From: an uncultured Bacteroidota bacterium
Lineage (GTDB): Bacteria; Bacteroidota; Ignavibacteria; UBA10030; UBA8401
DNA length: 64,000 nucleotides
Direction of reading: 5' to 3'
Assembly: GCA_937920105.1 (NCBI GenBank)
Contig: CALETH010000070.1
Location: 7,483 to 71,482, forward strand
Below the pieces are notes generated by a model. It was not told where the DNA came from and searched no databases. It was given only the letters and a program-made list of their open reading frames with translations. This document shows positions 10,622-19,725 of this stretch, piece after piece. The number at the start of each line of letters is the position of its first letter. Positions within the stretch are counted from its first letter, which is position 1. Both the position numbers and the translations under genes were made by a program.

Positions 10622-11899
10622 ATGAAACTACAACCCCTCATCATACTCGTTTTTTTTATCACCAATCTTTCTTTTACTCAAACCACAACAGTTGATAAAA
10701 TTGCTGCTGTTGTTGATAAAGAAATTATCACAGAATCGGATATACAATTTTCCATCCAACAATTAGTCATGCAAAATAAAATAGACCCGAAAACTCCGGG
10801 TTTGCGTGAACGAGTATTAGATGGATTGATAGATGAAAAACTTGTTCTTGCCAAAGCCATAGAAGATAGTGTTGTGGTCAGCAACGAAGAAGTTTCAGAC
10901 CGTTTGGAACGACAAATTAATGGACTTATTCAACAACTTGGTTCTGCAGAAAAATTAGAAGAACTGTATAAAATGCCCATCAGCAGAATGAAACGAGATT
11001 ATCAATTTAAAGAAATGATACGCAAACAAATGCTCGTGCAAAAAATTCAACAAACACGGCAAATGTCTCTTTCCGTTTCATCACGCGAAGTGGAAGAATT
11101 TTTTACACAATACAAAGACAGCATTCCCAACATTCCCACAGAGTACAAACTCAGTCACATTTACATTCAACCAAAACCAGATACACTGACGGAACAAAAA
11201 ACTTATAATAAAGCATTATCTGTTTTGGATAGCATAAAATCCGGCGGAGATTTTGCAGATTTTGCTCGTCGTTACTCTACTGACCCGGGTTCTTCTTCAC
11301 AAGGTGGAGATTTGGGCTGGGTAAAACGTGGATTGTTTGTAAAAGAATTTGAAGAAGCAGTTTTTTCCATGAAAGAAAAAGAATATTCTAAACCCATCAA
11401 AACACAATATGGGTACCACATTATTCAATTGTTGGAACGACGTGGAGAATCTGTTCATCCAAGACATATACTTTTTTCTATTGCCACATCTCAAGCAGAT
11501 GATGATTCTGCGATTGCCTTGTTAAAAAAATTACGAGAACGAAGTTTGGCAGGAGAAAGTTTTGCAGTGTTGGCAAAAAAATATTCCGAAGACCCGGAAA
11601 CAAAAGATATTGGCGGAGATTTGGGAACTGTTACAGCAGAACAATTAGAAGGAACATTTCTCACAACAGTCCGCTCTCTTAAAGAAGGAGAAATCAGCGA
11701 GCCGCAAAAAATTACTACGGGAAATAAATATGGATATCATATTATTTTAGTTCGTTCAATCATACCAGAACATTCTGTTGACCTTCAAAAAGATTATCAG
11801 CGATTAGAACAATTAGCGCTGCAATTTAAAAGCACCACACAATATCAACGTTGGTTAGAAGACTTGCGAAAAAGCATGTACTGGGAAAAGAAGGAGTAG
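10622..11899 (+). CDS. SurA-like peptidyl-prolyl isomerase with two parvulin domains
   Basis: Signal peptide and parvulin cores SHIYIQP.../RHILFSI... with GGDLGWV and GGDLGTV motifs. Confidence 0.7.
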   Translation: MKLQPLIILVFFITNLSFTQTTTVDKIAAVVDKEIITESDIQFSIQQLVMQNKIDPKTPGLRERVLDGLIDEKLVLAKAIEDSVVVSNEEVSDRLERQINGLIQQLGSAEKLEELYKMPISRMKRDYQFKEMIRKQMLVQKIQQTRQMSLSVSSREVEEFFTQYKDSIPNIPTEYKLSHIYIQPKPDTLTEQKTYNKALSVLDSIKSGGDFADFARRYSTDPGSSSQGGDLGWVKRGLFVKEFEEAVFSMKEKEYSKPIKTQYGYHIIQLLERRGESVHPRHILFSIATSQADDDSAIALLKKLRERSLAGESFAVLAKKYSEDPETKDIGGDLGTVTAEQLEGTFLTTVRSLKEGEISEPQKITTGNKYGYHIILVRSIIPEHSVDLQKDYQRLEQLALQFKSTTQYQRWLEDLRKSMYWEKKE

Positions 11900-11922
11900 A
11901 AGATTTTGTCTTATAAAAAGAA

Positions 11923-11948
11923 AAACCATCTTTTTGCGAAGATGGTTT
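11923..11948. terminator. Bidirectional terminator hairpin between convergent genes
   Basis: aaaccatctt-tttgcg-aagatggttt perfect 10-bp stem flanked by A/T runs on both sides. Confidence 0.45.
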
Positions 11949-11968
11949 ATAAAAAAAATATTTCTGCA

Positions 11969-12352
11969 TTATTTGTTTGAATGCAAACCAATAGAATTTC
12001 CTTCTGTATCAATAAAAAACGCCATGTAACCATTTTCACCAATAGAGGTTTTTGGCATCGTAACTTCCCCACCGGCTTTATTTATTTTTTTCAATACAAC
12101 ATTTAAATCAGGATTTGCATTGAGATAAACTACTGTTCCTGTTTTGCTTGGTTTGTGCATTTTGCTTTTGCATAGACCACCATTTGCTTTACCGCTGCCG
12201 GCTTTCCACGGAAAAAAAGCCATTTCCATTCCCATCATTTCCATCGTATCCATTTTTTTAATTCCAAAAACTTTCTCGTAAAATTTTTTTGCACGGTTCA
12301 AATCTTTCACGGGAATTTCAAACCAGTTGAGTGAGTTTTCGTTTGGTTTCAT
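11969..12352 (-). CDS. VOC-family (glyoxalase/bleomycin-resistance fold) protein
   Basis: MKPNENSLNWFEIPVKDLNRAKKFYEKVFG... is typical of a glyoxalase-like VOC domain. Confidence 0.6.
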   Translation of the reverse strand: MKPNENSLNWFEIPVKDLNRAKKFYEKVFGIKKMDTMEMMGMEMAFFPWKAGSGKANGGLCKSKMHKPSKTGTVVYLNANPDLNVVLKKINKAGGEVTMPKTSIGENGYMAFFIDTEGNSIGLHSNK

Positions 12353-12421
12353 AAGATGACACCTTTCAATTAAGAGTTAATAAGTGTAAATTAATTGTAG
12401 TAAATGCTAACAAAATAAATT

Positions 12422-14572
12422 TTGAGAAACAAGAATAAAAAAATGAAACACAGCATCTCTTTAATAATAGTCCTTTGTTTGCACGGCATTCTTTTTTCGC
12501 AAGACACAACAAAAATTATTCCATTAGAAGAAGTAACAATAACATCACTTCGTCAAACCGAAAAAGCACAAGAAGCTCCGCTTTCTATTACCACCATTTC
12601 CGGAAAAGAACTTTCACAACTTCGCGGAAATGGAATTGATGAAGCACTCAACAATGTTTCCGGAGTCATTGCACAATCTCGTACTGGCGGACAAGATGTT
12701 CGTATCATCATACGCGGTTTCGGAGCAAGAGGTGCAGGAGAGCGTTCCAACGCCGGAACATCACGAGGCATCCGCATTCTTTCGGATGGAATTCCGGAAA
12801 CCGAACCCGATGGACGCACATCGTTTGATTTGATTGATATGAGTACTGCATCAAAAATAGAAATACTTCGTTCCAACGTTTCTTCGTTATGGGGAAATGC
12901 TGCCGGCGGAGTTATTAATGTAAGTTCAATTCCCGAAGAAAATCACACATCAATTTCATTACAAAATCTTACCGGAAGTTTTGGGTTTCAAAAAAATGTC
13001 GCAGCATTCAATCTACCAATTCATCACGGGAAAACATTTTTTTCTATAACAAAAAATACTTTTTCCGGATGGAGAGACCATTCGCGTTCAGAACGCACAG
13101 CATTTAACGGTGGAATTGTTTCTGCGTTGGATGAAAAAACTCGATTAGGAATATTTCTTTTGGGAACAAAATCATTTTTTCAAATTGCCGGACCAATTAC
13201 AAAAAGTCAGTATAACACAACACCCCAACAAGCAAACACAACATATTCTCCCAATTATATTGAACGCGATGAACGAAGAAATAATACATTGGGAAGATTG
13301 GGTTTTACCATAGAACATCAATTTAATCAACAACATGAAATTTCTGCGATGACGTACGTAAATCCAAAATTTCTTCAACGTTCGGAAAGAAATACGTGGA
13401 GAGATTTTACGCGTTATCATGTTGGAGGAAATTTTATTTATCGCAACACGCAACAATTCACGCCATCGTTACACAACAAATTTATTGTTGGTGTAGATGA
13501 AGCATATCAAGATGGAGCAGTGTTGTTTTATTCGTTACAAAATGGAGAGCGTGGAACAACGCTGCGAGATAATAAACGAGAAGGAGCAAATAATTTCGGA
13601 ACATTTTTTCAAAATGAATTATCCATACAAGAAAAATTCAACATTGTTGCTGGTGGAAGATATGACAACATCACGTACTATTATGAAAGTTTTGTAAATT
13701 CGAATTTGAGTGATAAAAAATCATTCACACATTTTACACCAAAACTTGGACTTTCATACAGAATGTCTCCACTACAAACACTCTACTCATCAATAAGCGG
13801 AGGCGTTGAAGTTCCTGCTGGAAATGAAACTGACCCACCAAGTACATTTGGCGAAGATACGGTGTACGCAATCAATCCATTATTGCAGCCAATTCTTTCA
13901 TCAACAATAGAAGTTGGAACAAAACACATTCTTCTTTTTGATGAACCGTTCATTCGTTCTTTCAATTATGATATTGCAGTGTATTTCATTCAAACAAAAA
14001 ATGATATCATTCCATATCGTGACGGAAGATTTTATTTTACTGCCGGAAAAACAAACCGAACGGGAATTGAAGTGAGTGGAAATGCAGAAACCTTTCGCAA
14101 TCTTTTTCTGCAAACATCGTTCACCTATTCAAAAAATCTATATAAAGAATATCGAATAGATTCTGTTCATTATAATGCAAACGCTGCGGGAAAATTTATT
14201 GATTTAAGCGGAAATCTCATTGCAGGAATTCCCGAATTTAGTTATTTTTTGGGAATGAAATATCAATTTCCATTTCAATTATCGGTTGATGTAAACGTAA
14301 GAGGAATGGGTTCATATTATGCAGATGATGCAAATACAATATCAATTCCATCATACTCTATTATAAGTACAAGTATTGGATATGAACAGACACTTGTGAA
14401 AAATCTTTCTTTAAAAACATTTCTTACAATAAATAATCTTATAGATGAAAAGTATATCAGTTCCGTCTATATAAATCCACAAATTCCGGCAAACGGTGAA
14501 CCAGCATATATTGAACCCGGATTACCACGAACTATAACCTTCGGAATTTCATTACAATGGGGAGATAAATAA
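12422..14572 (+). CDS. TonB-dependent outer-membrane receptor
   Basis: Signal peptide, plug-domain motifs (EEVTITSLRQ..., ALNNVSGV) and a long beta-barrel. The true start may be the ATG at 12443. Confidence 0.75.
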   Translation: MRNKNKKMKHSISLIIVLCLHGILFSQDTTKIIPLEEVTITSLRQTEKAQEAPLSITTISGKELSQLRGNGIDEALNNVSGVIAQSRTGGQDVRIIIRGFGARGAGERSNAGTSRGIRILSDGIPETEPDGRTSFDLIDMSTASKIEILRSNVSSLWGNAAGGVINVSSIPEENHTSISLQNLTGSFGFQKNVAAFNLPIHHGKTFFSITKNTFSGWRDHSRSERTAFNGGIVSALDEKTRLGIFLLGTKSFFQIAGPITKSQYNTTPQQANTTYSPNYIERDERRNNTLGRLGFTIEHQFNQQHEISAMTYVNPKFLQRSERNTWRDFTRYHVGGNFIYRNTQQFTPSLHNKFIVGVDEAYQDGAVLFYSLQNGERGTTLRDNKREGANNFGTFFQNELSIQEKFNIVAGGRYDNITYYYESFVNSNLSDKKSFTHFTPKLGLSYRMSPLQTLYSSISGGVEVPAGNETDPPSTFGEDTVYAINPLLQPILSSTIEVGTKHILLFDEPFIRSFNYDIAVYFIQTKNDIIPYRDGRFYFTAGKTNRTGIEVSGNAETFRNLFLQTSFTYSKNLYKEYRIDSVHYNANAAGKFIDLSGNLIAGIPEFSYFLGMKYQFPFQLSVDVNVRGMGSYYADDANTISIPSYSIISTSIGYEQTLVKNLSLKTFLTINNLIDEKYISSVYINPQIPANGEPAYIEPGLPRTITFGISLQWGDK

Positions 14573-14573
14573 T

Positions 14574-14984
14574 ATGATAAACGCACTCAAAAGCATTTTA
14601 TGTTACTTTATAATTTTATTATGTTGCAATTTTGCAGTTAATGCACAATTAAATAATAAAAAAATAATTTCTGCACCATCTTCAATTCCACCAAACCACG
14701 CAAATATTGTTGGTACAATAATTTTTATTGATACATTGCGTTCGGATGAAACGAAACCAACCCGTGCTTTGGTACAAATAGATACTGTAAAAGGATATGG
14801 GATGGCATTTCCAACACTATTTTCTCATGAAGAGAGAATAATGATTAATTTTTCTCAATTATCTGGCTTATGCGTTGGTTCAAAATTTTCTGCCAATGTG
14901 AGAGGAATGGAATCAATGATGGTAGAAAACGAATCACAAAAAATAATTTACACGGTTAATTATTATAAAAGATTGAGAAAATAG
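14574..14984 (+). CDS. Hypothetical secreted protein downstream of the TBDR
   Basis: Signal peptide. It starts 1 nt after the TBDR stop. Confidence 0.35.
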   Translation: MINALKSILCYFIILLCCNFAVNAQLNNKKIISAPSSIPPNHANIVGTIIFIDTLRSDETKPTRALVQIDTVKGYGMAFPTLFSHEERIMINFSQLSGLCVGSKFSANVRGMESMMVENESQKIIYTVNYYKRLRK

Positions 14985-14998
14985 TGTAGTGAGTATTT

Positions 14999-15030
14999 CG
15001 TCATTCCCGCATGTTTTTAGCGGGAATCCA
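14999..15030. repeat. REP-like palindromic element copy 1 (CGTCATTCCCGC-loop-GCGGGAATCCA)
   Basis: Inverted repeat attcccgc/gcgggaat. The same termini recur at 17450, 32959 and, degenerate, 62299. Confidence 0.55.
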
Positions 15031-15061
15031 TGTATATGTTTAACTAAAATAAAAAATAATT

Positions 15062-15730
15062 ATGTATAACACGATAAAACCAATAATATATTTTTTAATA
15101 ATCGTTAATTACAACGTTTTCGCACAATCTGATTATTCAGCATCAGAAATTATGGAAAATGTGCAAAAAAAATATTCTACAATTACCACAGCAACAGCAA
15201 AATTTACACAAACAACATCATTCAAATATGCAAAAATTGAACAATCCTCTGTTGGTACGGTAACAATGAAAAAAGGAAATAATTTTCGCATCGAAACAGA
15301 ACAACAAACCATTGTTACTGATGGTAAAACCGTGTGGTTCTATTCGCCAATCAATAAACAAGTGTTGATAAGTACCTATCAACAAAAAGAGCAAACACTT
15401 TCTCCCGATAAATTTCTTTTTAATCTTCCGAATGATTATGCTGGAACAATTGTCAATGAAGAAACAAAATCCGTTGGTGCAGATGTTGTTCTTAAACTCG
15501 TTCCAAAAGAAAAAAGCAAAAATGCTCAATTCATTAAATCCTTAAAAGTATGGGTTGTAGAAGATGATTGGAGCGTACGCAAGATTGAATATATTGATGC
15601 TAATGAAACACGAACAACATATACACTTACATCATTAGAATTCAACAAAAAAATCTCTGATGAAGTATTTCAATTTACAATACCAAAAGATGTAGAAGTT
15701 GTTGACCTTCGTAAAAAAGTAGGTGAGTAA
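15062..15730 (+). CDS. LolA-like outer-membrane lipoprotein carrier family protein
   Basis: Signal peptide and a LolA-like pattern (KFTQTT...GNNFRIETEQQTIVTDGKTVWFYSPINKQV). Confidence 0.5.
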   Translation: MYNTIKPIIYFLIIVNYNVFAQSDYSASEIMENVQKKYSTITTATAKFTQTTSFKYAKIEQSSVGTVTMKKGNNFRIETEQQTIVTDGKTVWFYSPINKQVLISTYQQKEQTLSPDKFLFNLPNDYAGTIVNEETKSVGADVVLKLVPKEKSKNAQFIKSLKVWVVEDDWSVRKIEYIDANETRTTYTLTSLEFNKKISDEVFQFTIPKDVEVVDLRKKVGE

Positions 15731-15797
15731 ATAAGTAGATGAGTATTTGAGTAGTTAAGAATAAATCTACAATCTTGTATCCAGAATAAAAAAAATC

Positions 15798-16802
15798 ATG
15801 AAAAATGCTAAAAATGTTTTACAACTTATCGTAAGTTTAATTATCGCTTCCGGATTTCTCTATTTTGCTTTTCGCGGAAAAGACCTTTCTCAACTTTGGG
15901 ATTCTCTCACACAAATTCATTGGATTTGGTTTATCATTTTATTTTTTGGTGGAATATTAAGTCACTATCTTCGTGCATGGAGATGGAAATATCTTTTATA
16001 TCCCATAAAAGAAAACATAAAAGTACGCAACGCATTTTCCGCAGTCATGATTGGATATTTAGTCAATAATGTATTGCCTCGTGTTGGTGAGTTGGTAAGA
16101 CCGTATGCAATCGGAAAATTAGAACATGTTCCAAAAACCGCCGTTTTTGGAACCGTAGTGTTAGAAAGAATTTTAGATATCATCACCTTCTTTTTTATTT
16201 TGATGGTCGTATTTTTTTTCTACGCAGATTCTTTTGCAACATTGTTTCCAACCATCGCTTCGTTAGAACCACTATTTCTCATTGGCTCTATCGTTATGCT
16301 TATTATTTTTGTGTTGATGTTTTTCAAAGCAGATAGATTTTTTTCTCTTCTCAAAAAAATTCTTTCCATTCTTCCTAAAAAATTTCATGCACGTATAGAT
16401 TCATTACTTGATTCATTTATTTCCGGATTTGCAGCAGCAAAAAATCCTACCAATTTTTTTGTGATAGCAATTTCCAGCATATTAATTTGGAGTTTATATA
16501 TTGCACTTATCTATATTCCATTTTTCGCTTATGAATTAACAAATTTAAATTTCGGAGCAGCAGCAATTCTTATGGTTGCTTCAAGTGTTGCTGTTGCACT
16601 GCCAACGCCAAATGGATTGGGAACGTATCACTCTTTTGCATCCTACACACTGACACAACTTTTTAAAGTGAATCCAATTACTGCATTAAGTTATGCTCTT
16701 TACACACATGGGGTTGGTTTTCTTGCAACAACGGTGGTGGGATTATATTTTGTGGTGAAAGATAAAATTTATATTAAAGATGTTCAAAAAAGTGAGCAAT
16801 GA
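15798..16802 (+). CDS. Flippase-like (UPF0104/LPG-synthase-TM family) polytopic membrane protein
   Basis: Multiple TM segments and the motif YLRAWRWKYLL...PRVGELVRPY that is typical of this family. Confidence 0.5.
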   Translation: MKNAKNVLQLIVSLIIASGFLYFAFRGKDLSQLWDSLTQIHWIWFIILFFGGILSHYLRAWRWKYLLYPIKENIKVRNAFSAVMIGYLVNNVLPRVGELVRPYAIGKLEHVPKTAVFGTVVLERILDIITFFFILMVVFFFYADSFATLFPTIASLEPLFLIGSIVMLIIFVLMFFKADRFFSLLKKILSILPKKFHARIDSLLDSFISGFAAAKNPTNFFVIAISSILIWSLYIALIYIPFFAYELTNLNFGAAAILMVASSVAVALPTPNGLGTYHSFASYTLTQLFKVNPITALSYALYTHGVGFLATTVVGLYFVVKDKIYIKDVQKSEQ

Positions 16803-17446
16803 AGTTCAAAATAATATCTCTTCTTTTTTTTCTACAAATGTATTCTTTCGCGAAAGAAAACTCTTTTGCAATTTTTTTAGGAATGGGAGTGAACCAAACA
16901 GTAGCACCACGTGTTACGGATTTTGTAAGTTCGCTGAATGGTTTTCAAGAAAATAGTTTTGCAACAACCGTAGAATTTTTTGGTGGATGCGAATTTCCTT
17001 TAGATACTGTGTTAGGTGGAAAAATTGAGTATTCATATCTTTTTAAATTGTACACAATACCATCGCAACAGGGAGGTGCGTACACACTTTTTTACAAGAT
17101 TCACTCTCCAACGATAATTGTGCATTATGTATTTTCGGGAAATGGATATTTTTTAAAATTTGGTGGCGGAGTTGGATATTGCAGAGGAGAAGTAGATTTT
17201 TTTCAGCCGTTATTTTCTACAACAACACACTATTCATCAAACGGAGTGGGATTACAAGTAGAAGGTGTTGCACAAACAACATTAGGAGATAATCTTTTTG
17301 GATATATTAATGCGAATATGCGGGGAAATTTTTTAGGTGATGTAAAAGACAGCAACGGAAAAAATTTACAAACGCTGAATACAACTGCTGTATCACTTTC
17401 ATCATTTTCTATTGGTTTGAGATTTGGTGTGATATATTATTTTTAA
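16799..17446 (+). CDS. Hypothetical outer-membrane beta-barrel protein
   Basis: Signal peptide, alternating beta-strand pattern and a C-terminal YYF. Confidence 0.4.
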   Translation: MKFKIISLLFFLQMYSFAKENSFAIFLGMGVNQTVAPRVTDFVSSLNGFQENSFATTVEFFGGCEFPLDTVLGGKIEYSYLFKLYTIPSQQGGAYTLFYKIHSPTIIVHYVFSGNGYFLKFGGGVGYCRGEVDFFQPLFSTTTHYSSNGVGLQVEGVAQTTLGDNLFGYINANMRGNFLGDVKDSNGKNLQTLNTTAVSLSSFSIGLRFGVIYYF

Positions 17447-17449
17447 CAT

Positions 17450-17513
17450 CGTCATTCCCACATGTCCCGTTGTACGGGATGCCGTACCAACGGCATTTTT
17501 AGCGGGAATCCAG
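17450..17513. repeat. REP-like palindromic element copy 2 (long form with nested hairpins)
   Basis: Termini CGTCATTCCCAC...AGCGGGAATCCA enclose nested palindromes cccgttgtacggg and ccgtaccaacgg. Confidence 0.55.
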
Positions 17514-17548
17514 AAAAACAATTAACAATATTTATACAGGAAAAATCC

Positions 17549-18127
17549 ATGAAAACAATTTTCATATTCATCATCATTTTTACAACAACACTTCTTTCAC
17601 AAACATTACAGAAAGGCGAACACGTGGACACAACAAAAACTGGTTTAGTTACCATAGAAACATCAATGGGAAAAATCGTCATTCAATTAAATGACGAAGC
17701 AGCACCAAAACACTCTGCAAATTTTCGCAAACTTGCACAAGACGGATTTTATGAAAACACAACATTTCATCGTGTAATTCCACAATTTATGATTCAAGGT
17801 GGTGACCCAAATTCTAAAGATGATGACCGTTCTAATGATGGAATGGGTGGACCGGATTATAGAATAGATGCAGAAATTGGTTTACCACATGAAAGAGGTG
17901 TGATTGCCGCAGCACGACAAGGTGATATGGTAAATCCAGAAAAAAAATCCAACGGAAGCCAATTTTATATCACCGTTGTTCCCACACCACATTTGGATGG
18001 AGAATATTCTGTTTTCGGAAAAGTGGTAGAAGGAATGGATGTTGTTGATAAAATTGTTGCAGTTCCAAAAGATGGTCGTGATAATCCGATAGAAAAAGTT
18101 ATAATTAAAAAAGTAACTGTGAAGTAA
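17549..18127 (+). CDS. Cyclophilin-type peptidyl-prolyl cis-trans isomerase (secreted)
   Basis: FHRVIPQFMIQGGDP cyclophilin signature. The ATG at 17549 precedes a signal peptide. The ORF-track start at 17462 is a TTG inside the repeat. Confidence 0.8.
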   Translation: MKTIFIFIIIFTTTLLSQTLQKGEHVDTTKTGLVTIETSMGKIVIQLNDEAAPKHSANFRKLAQDGFYENTTFHRVIPQFMIQGGDPNSKDDDRSNDGMGGPDYRIDAEIGLPHERGVIAAARQGDMVNPEKKSNGSQFYITVVPTPHLDGEYSVFGKVVEGMDVVDKIVAVPKDGRDNPIEKVIIKKVTVK

Positions 18128-18134
18128 AACATTA

Positions 18135-18165
18135 GACTACAAAAGTTTTTAAAACTTTTGTAGTC
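18135..18165 (+). terminator. Terminator hairpin (gactacaaaagttt/aaacttttgtagtc)
   Basis: Perfect 14-bp palindrome after the cyclophilin gene. Confidence 0.5.
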
Positions 18166-18176
18166 ATAAAAGTACA

Positions 18177-19181
18177 ATGGCAAAAACAAAAGAAAAATTT
18201 GATAGTCTATCTCTACTTGCTTCCATCAACAATAAAAAATTTTCACCACTCTATTTTTTTTATGGTGAAGAAGATTTTTTAATAGAAGAACTTGTGGATG
18301 CAATTATTGCCAACGCTGTTGAACCATCTACCAAAGAATTTAATTTTGATATTCTCTACGGAAACGAAGTAAGCGGAAAACAAGTTGTTGCACTTGCATC
18401 ATCCTATCCAATGATGGCTGAACGGCGTATTGTAATTGTAAAAGATATAGAACGCCTTAGCGATAAAGAAGTATTAGAAGGATATTGCGAAAAACCATCA
18501 TCAACAACGGTGCTTGTTCTTCTTGCAAAAGAACCGGATATGAGAAGAAAACCATATCCAACATTAAAGAAACATGCTGTTGGTGGAGAGTTTTCGCGAT
18601 TGTATGATAACCAAGTTCAACAATGGATTGAACAGCGTTGTAAAAAACTTGGATATAAAATTTCTCCTGAAGCCATTGCAATACTTCATTTCTACGTTGG
18701 AAATTCTTTGCGGGAAAATGCGAATGAATTGGAAAAACTTCAATTAGCATTAGGAGAAAAAAAAGTTATAGAAGTAAAAGATGTTGAAAATGTTGTCGGA
18801 GTTTCGCGAGAGTTCACGGTATTTGAACTTGCCAATGCTGTGGGAGAAAAAAATACTACGCGTGCTTTTTCTATCGTTGAACGATTATTGCAAAATGGTG
18901 AATCTGCAGTGTTAATGATAACCACACTCACCCGTCATTTTATTATTTTGTGGAAACTTTCCGAACTTGTTCGCTCTTCATCTTCTGATGCAGAAATGGC
19001 ACAAAAAGTTGGAGTACATCCATTTTTTCTCAATCAATATAAAACACATCTAAAAAAATATTCTATTAGTGCAATAGAAAAAAGTTTTTTATCTTTGGTT
19101 ATTGCCGATGAGAAATTGAAAACTGTTTCAATAGAAGTGAGAACAATTCTCTTTACAATGTTAACAGAAATTATGTCTTAA
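18177..19181 (+). CDS. holA: DNA polymerase III delta subunit
   Basis: YFFYGEEDFLIEELVDAI is the HolA N-terminal signature. Length of about 330 aa fits. Confidence 0.7.
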   Translation: MAKTKEKFDSLSLLASINNKKFSPLYFFYGEEDFLIEELVDAIIANAVEPSTKEFNFDILYGNEVSGKQVVALASSYPMMAERRIVIVKDIERLSDKEVLEGYCEKPSSTTVLVLLAKEPDMRRKPYPTLKKHAVGGEFSRLYDNQVQQWIEQRCKKLGYKISPEAIAILHFYVGNSLRENANELEKLQLALGEKKVIEVKDVENVVGVSREFTVFELANAVGEKNTTRAFSIVERLLQNGESAVLMITTLTRHFIILWKLSELVRSSSSDAEMAQKVGVHPFFLNQYKTHLKKYSISAIEKSFLSLVIADEKLKTVSIEVRTILFTMLTEIMS

Positions 19182-19239
19182 AAAATTACTTTGTTATTCC
19201 TGCAAACACAGGAATATAGTATAAAAAGGAAAAACATTT

Positions 19240-19551
19240 ATGCCAACCTATCAATATCGTTGCACAAACTGCAATCACACATTAGAAGAATTTCAAAAGA
19301 TGAGTGATGAGCCATTAACAGAATGTCCATCCTGCAAAACGAAAAACTTAGTTCGTGTGATTGGGGTTGGTGGTGGAATGATTTTTAAAGGGAGTGGATT
19401 TTATTTAACGGATTATAAAAATGCCCCGTCAACGAAAACAACAAGTTCTTCTACGAAAAAAACAGAAGAGGTAAAAACGGAAACACCAAAAGCAGAAAAA
19501 GGTGAAACGTCTACAAAGACGGAAACTTCTTCGTCTACTTCCACAATATAA
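19240..19551 (+). CDS. FmdB-family zinc-ribbon protein with Ser/Thr/Lys-rich tail
   Basis: MPTYQYRCTNCNH...ECPSCK has the CxxC...CxxC FmdB motif. Confidence 0.6.
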   Translation: MPTYQYRCTNCNHTLEEFQKMSDEPLTECPSCKTKNLVRVIGVGGGMIFKGSGFYLTDYKNAPSTKTTSSSTKKTEEVKTETPKAEKGETSTKTETSSSTSTI

Positions 19552-19596
19552 ATCTTGCAAACTCGCTACGGGTTTTTTATATTATACATCCTTTCT

Positions 19597-19670
19597 GTGC
19601 CTGTAGCTCAACTGGATAGAGCAACAGCCTTCTAAGCTGTAGGTTATTGGTTCGATTCCAATCAGGCACA
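19597..19670 (+). tRNA. tRNA-Arg (anticodon TCT)
   Basis: Cloverleaf fits: acceptor GTGCCTG/CAGGCAC, D-arm GCTC-AACTGGATA-GAGC, anticodon arm ACAGC-CTTCTAA-GCTGT, and T-arm ATTGG-TTCGATT-CCAAT. No encoded CCA. Confidence 0.85.
19629..19670 (+). repeat. attL core: 42-bp direct repeat (3' half of tRNA-Arg)
   Basis: cttctaagctgtaggttattggttcgattccaatcaggcaca is identical to 59570-59611. Confidence 0.8.
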
Positions 19671-19725
19671 CTGATTTTATTGATTGACTTTGTTGCTTCA
19701 GATTTATACTGCCAAAAAACTGCCA

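Noticed and set aside
19196-19215. attcctg-caaaca-caggaat hairpin after holA
   Set aside because: 7-bp stem without a T-run, so it is too weak to call as a terminator.
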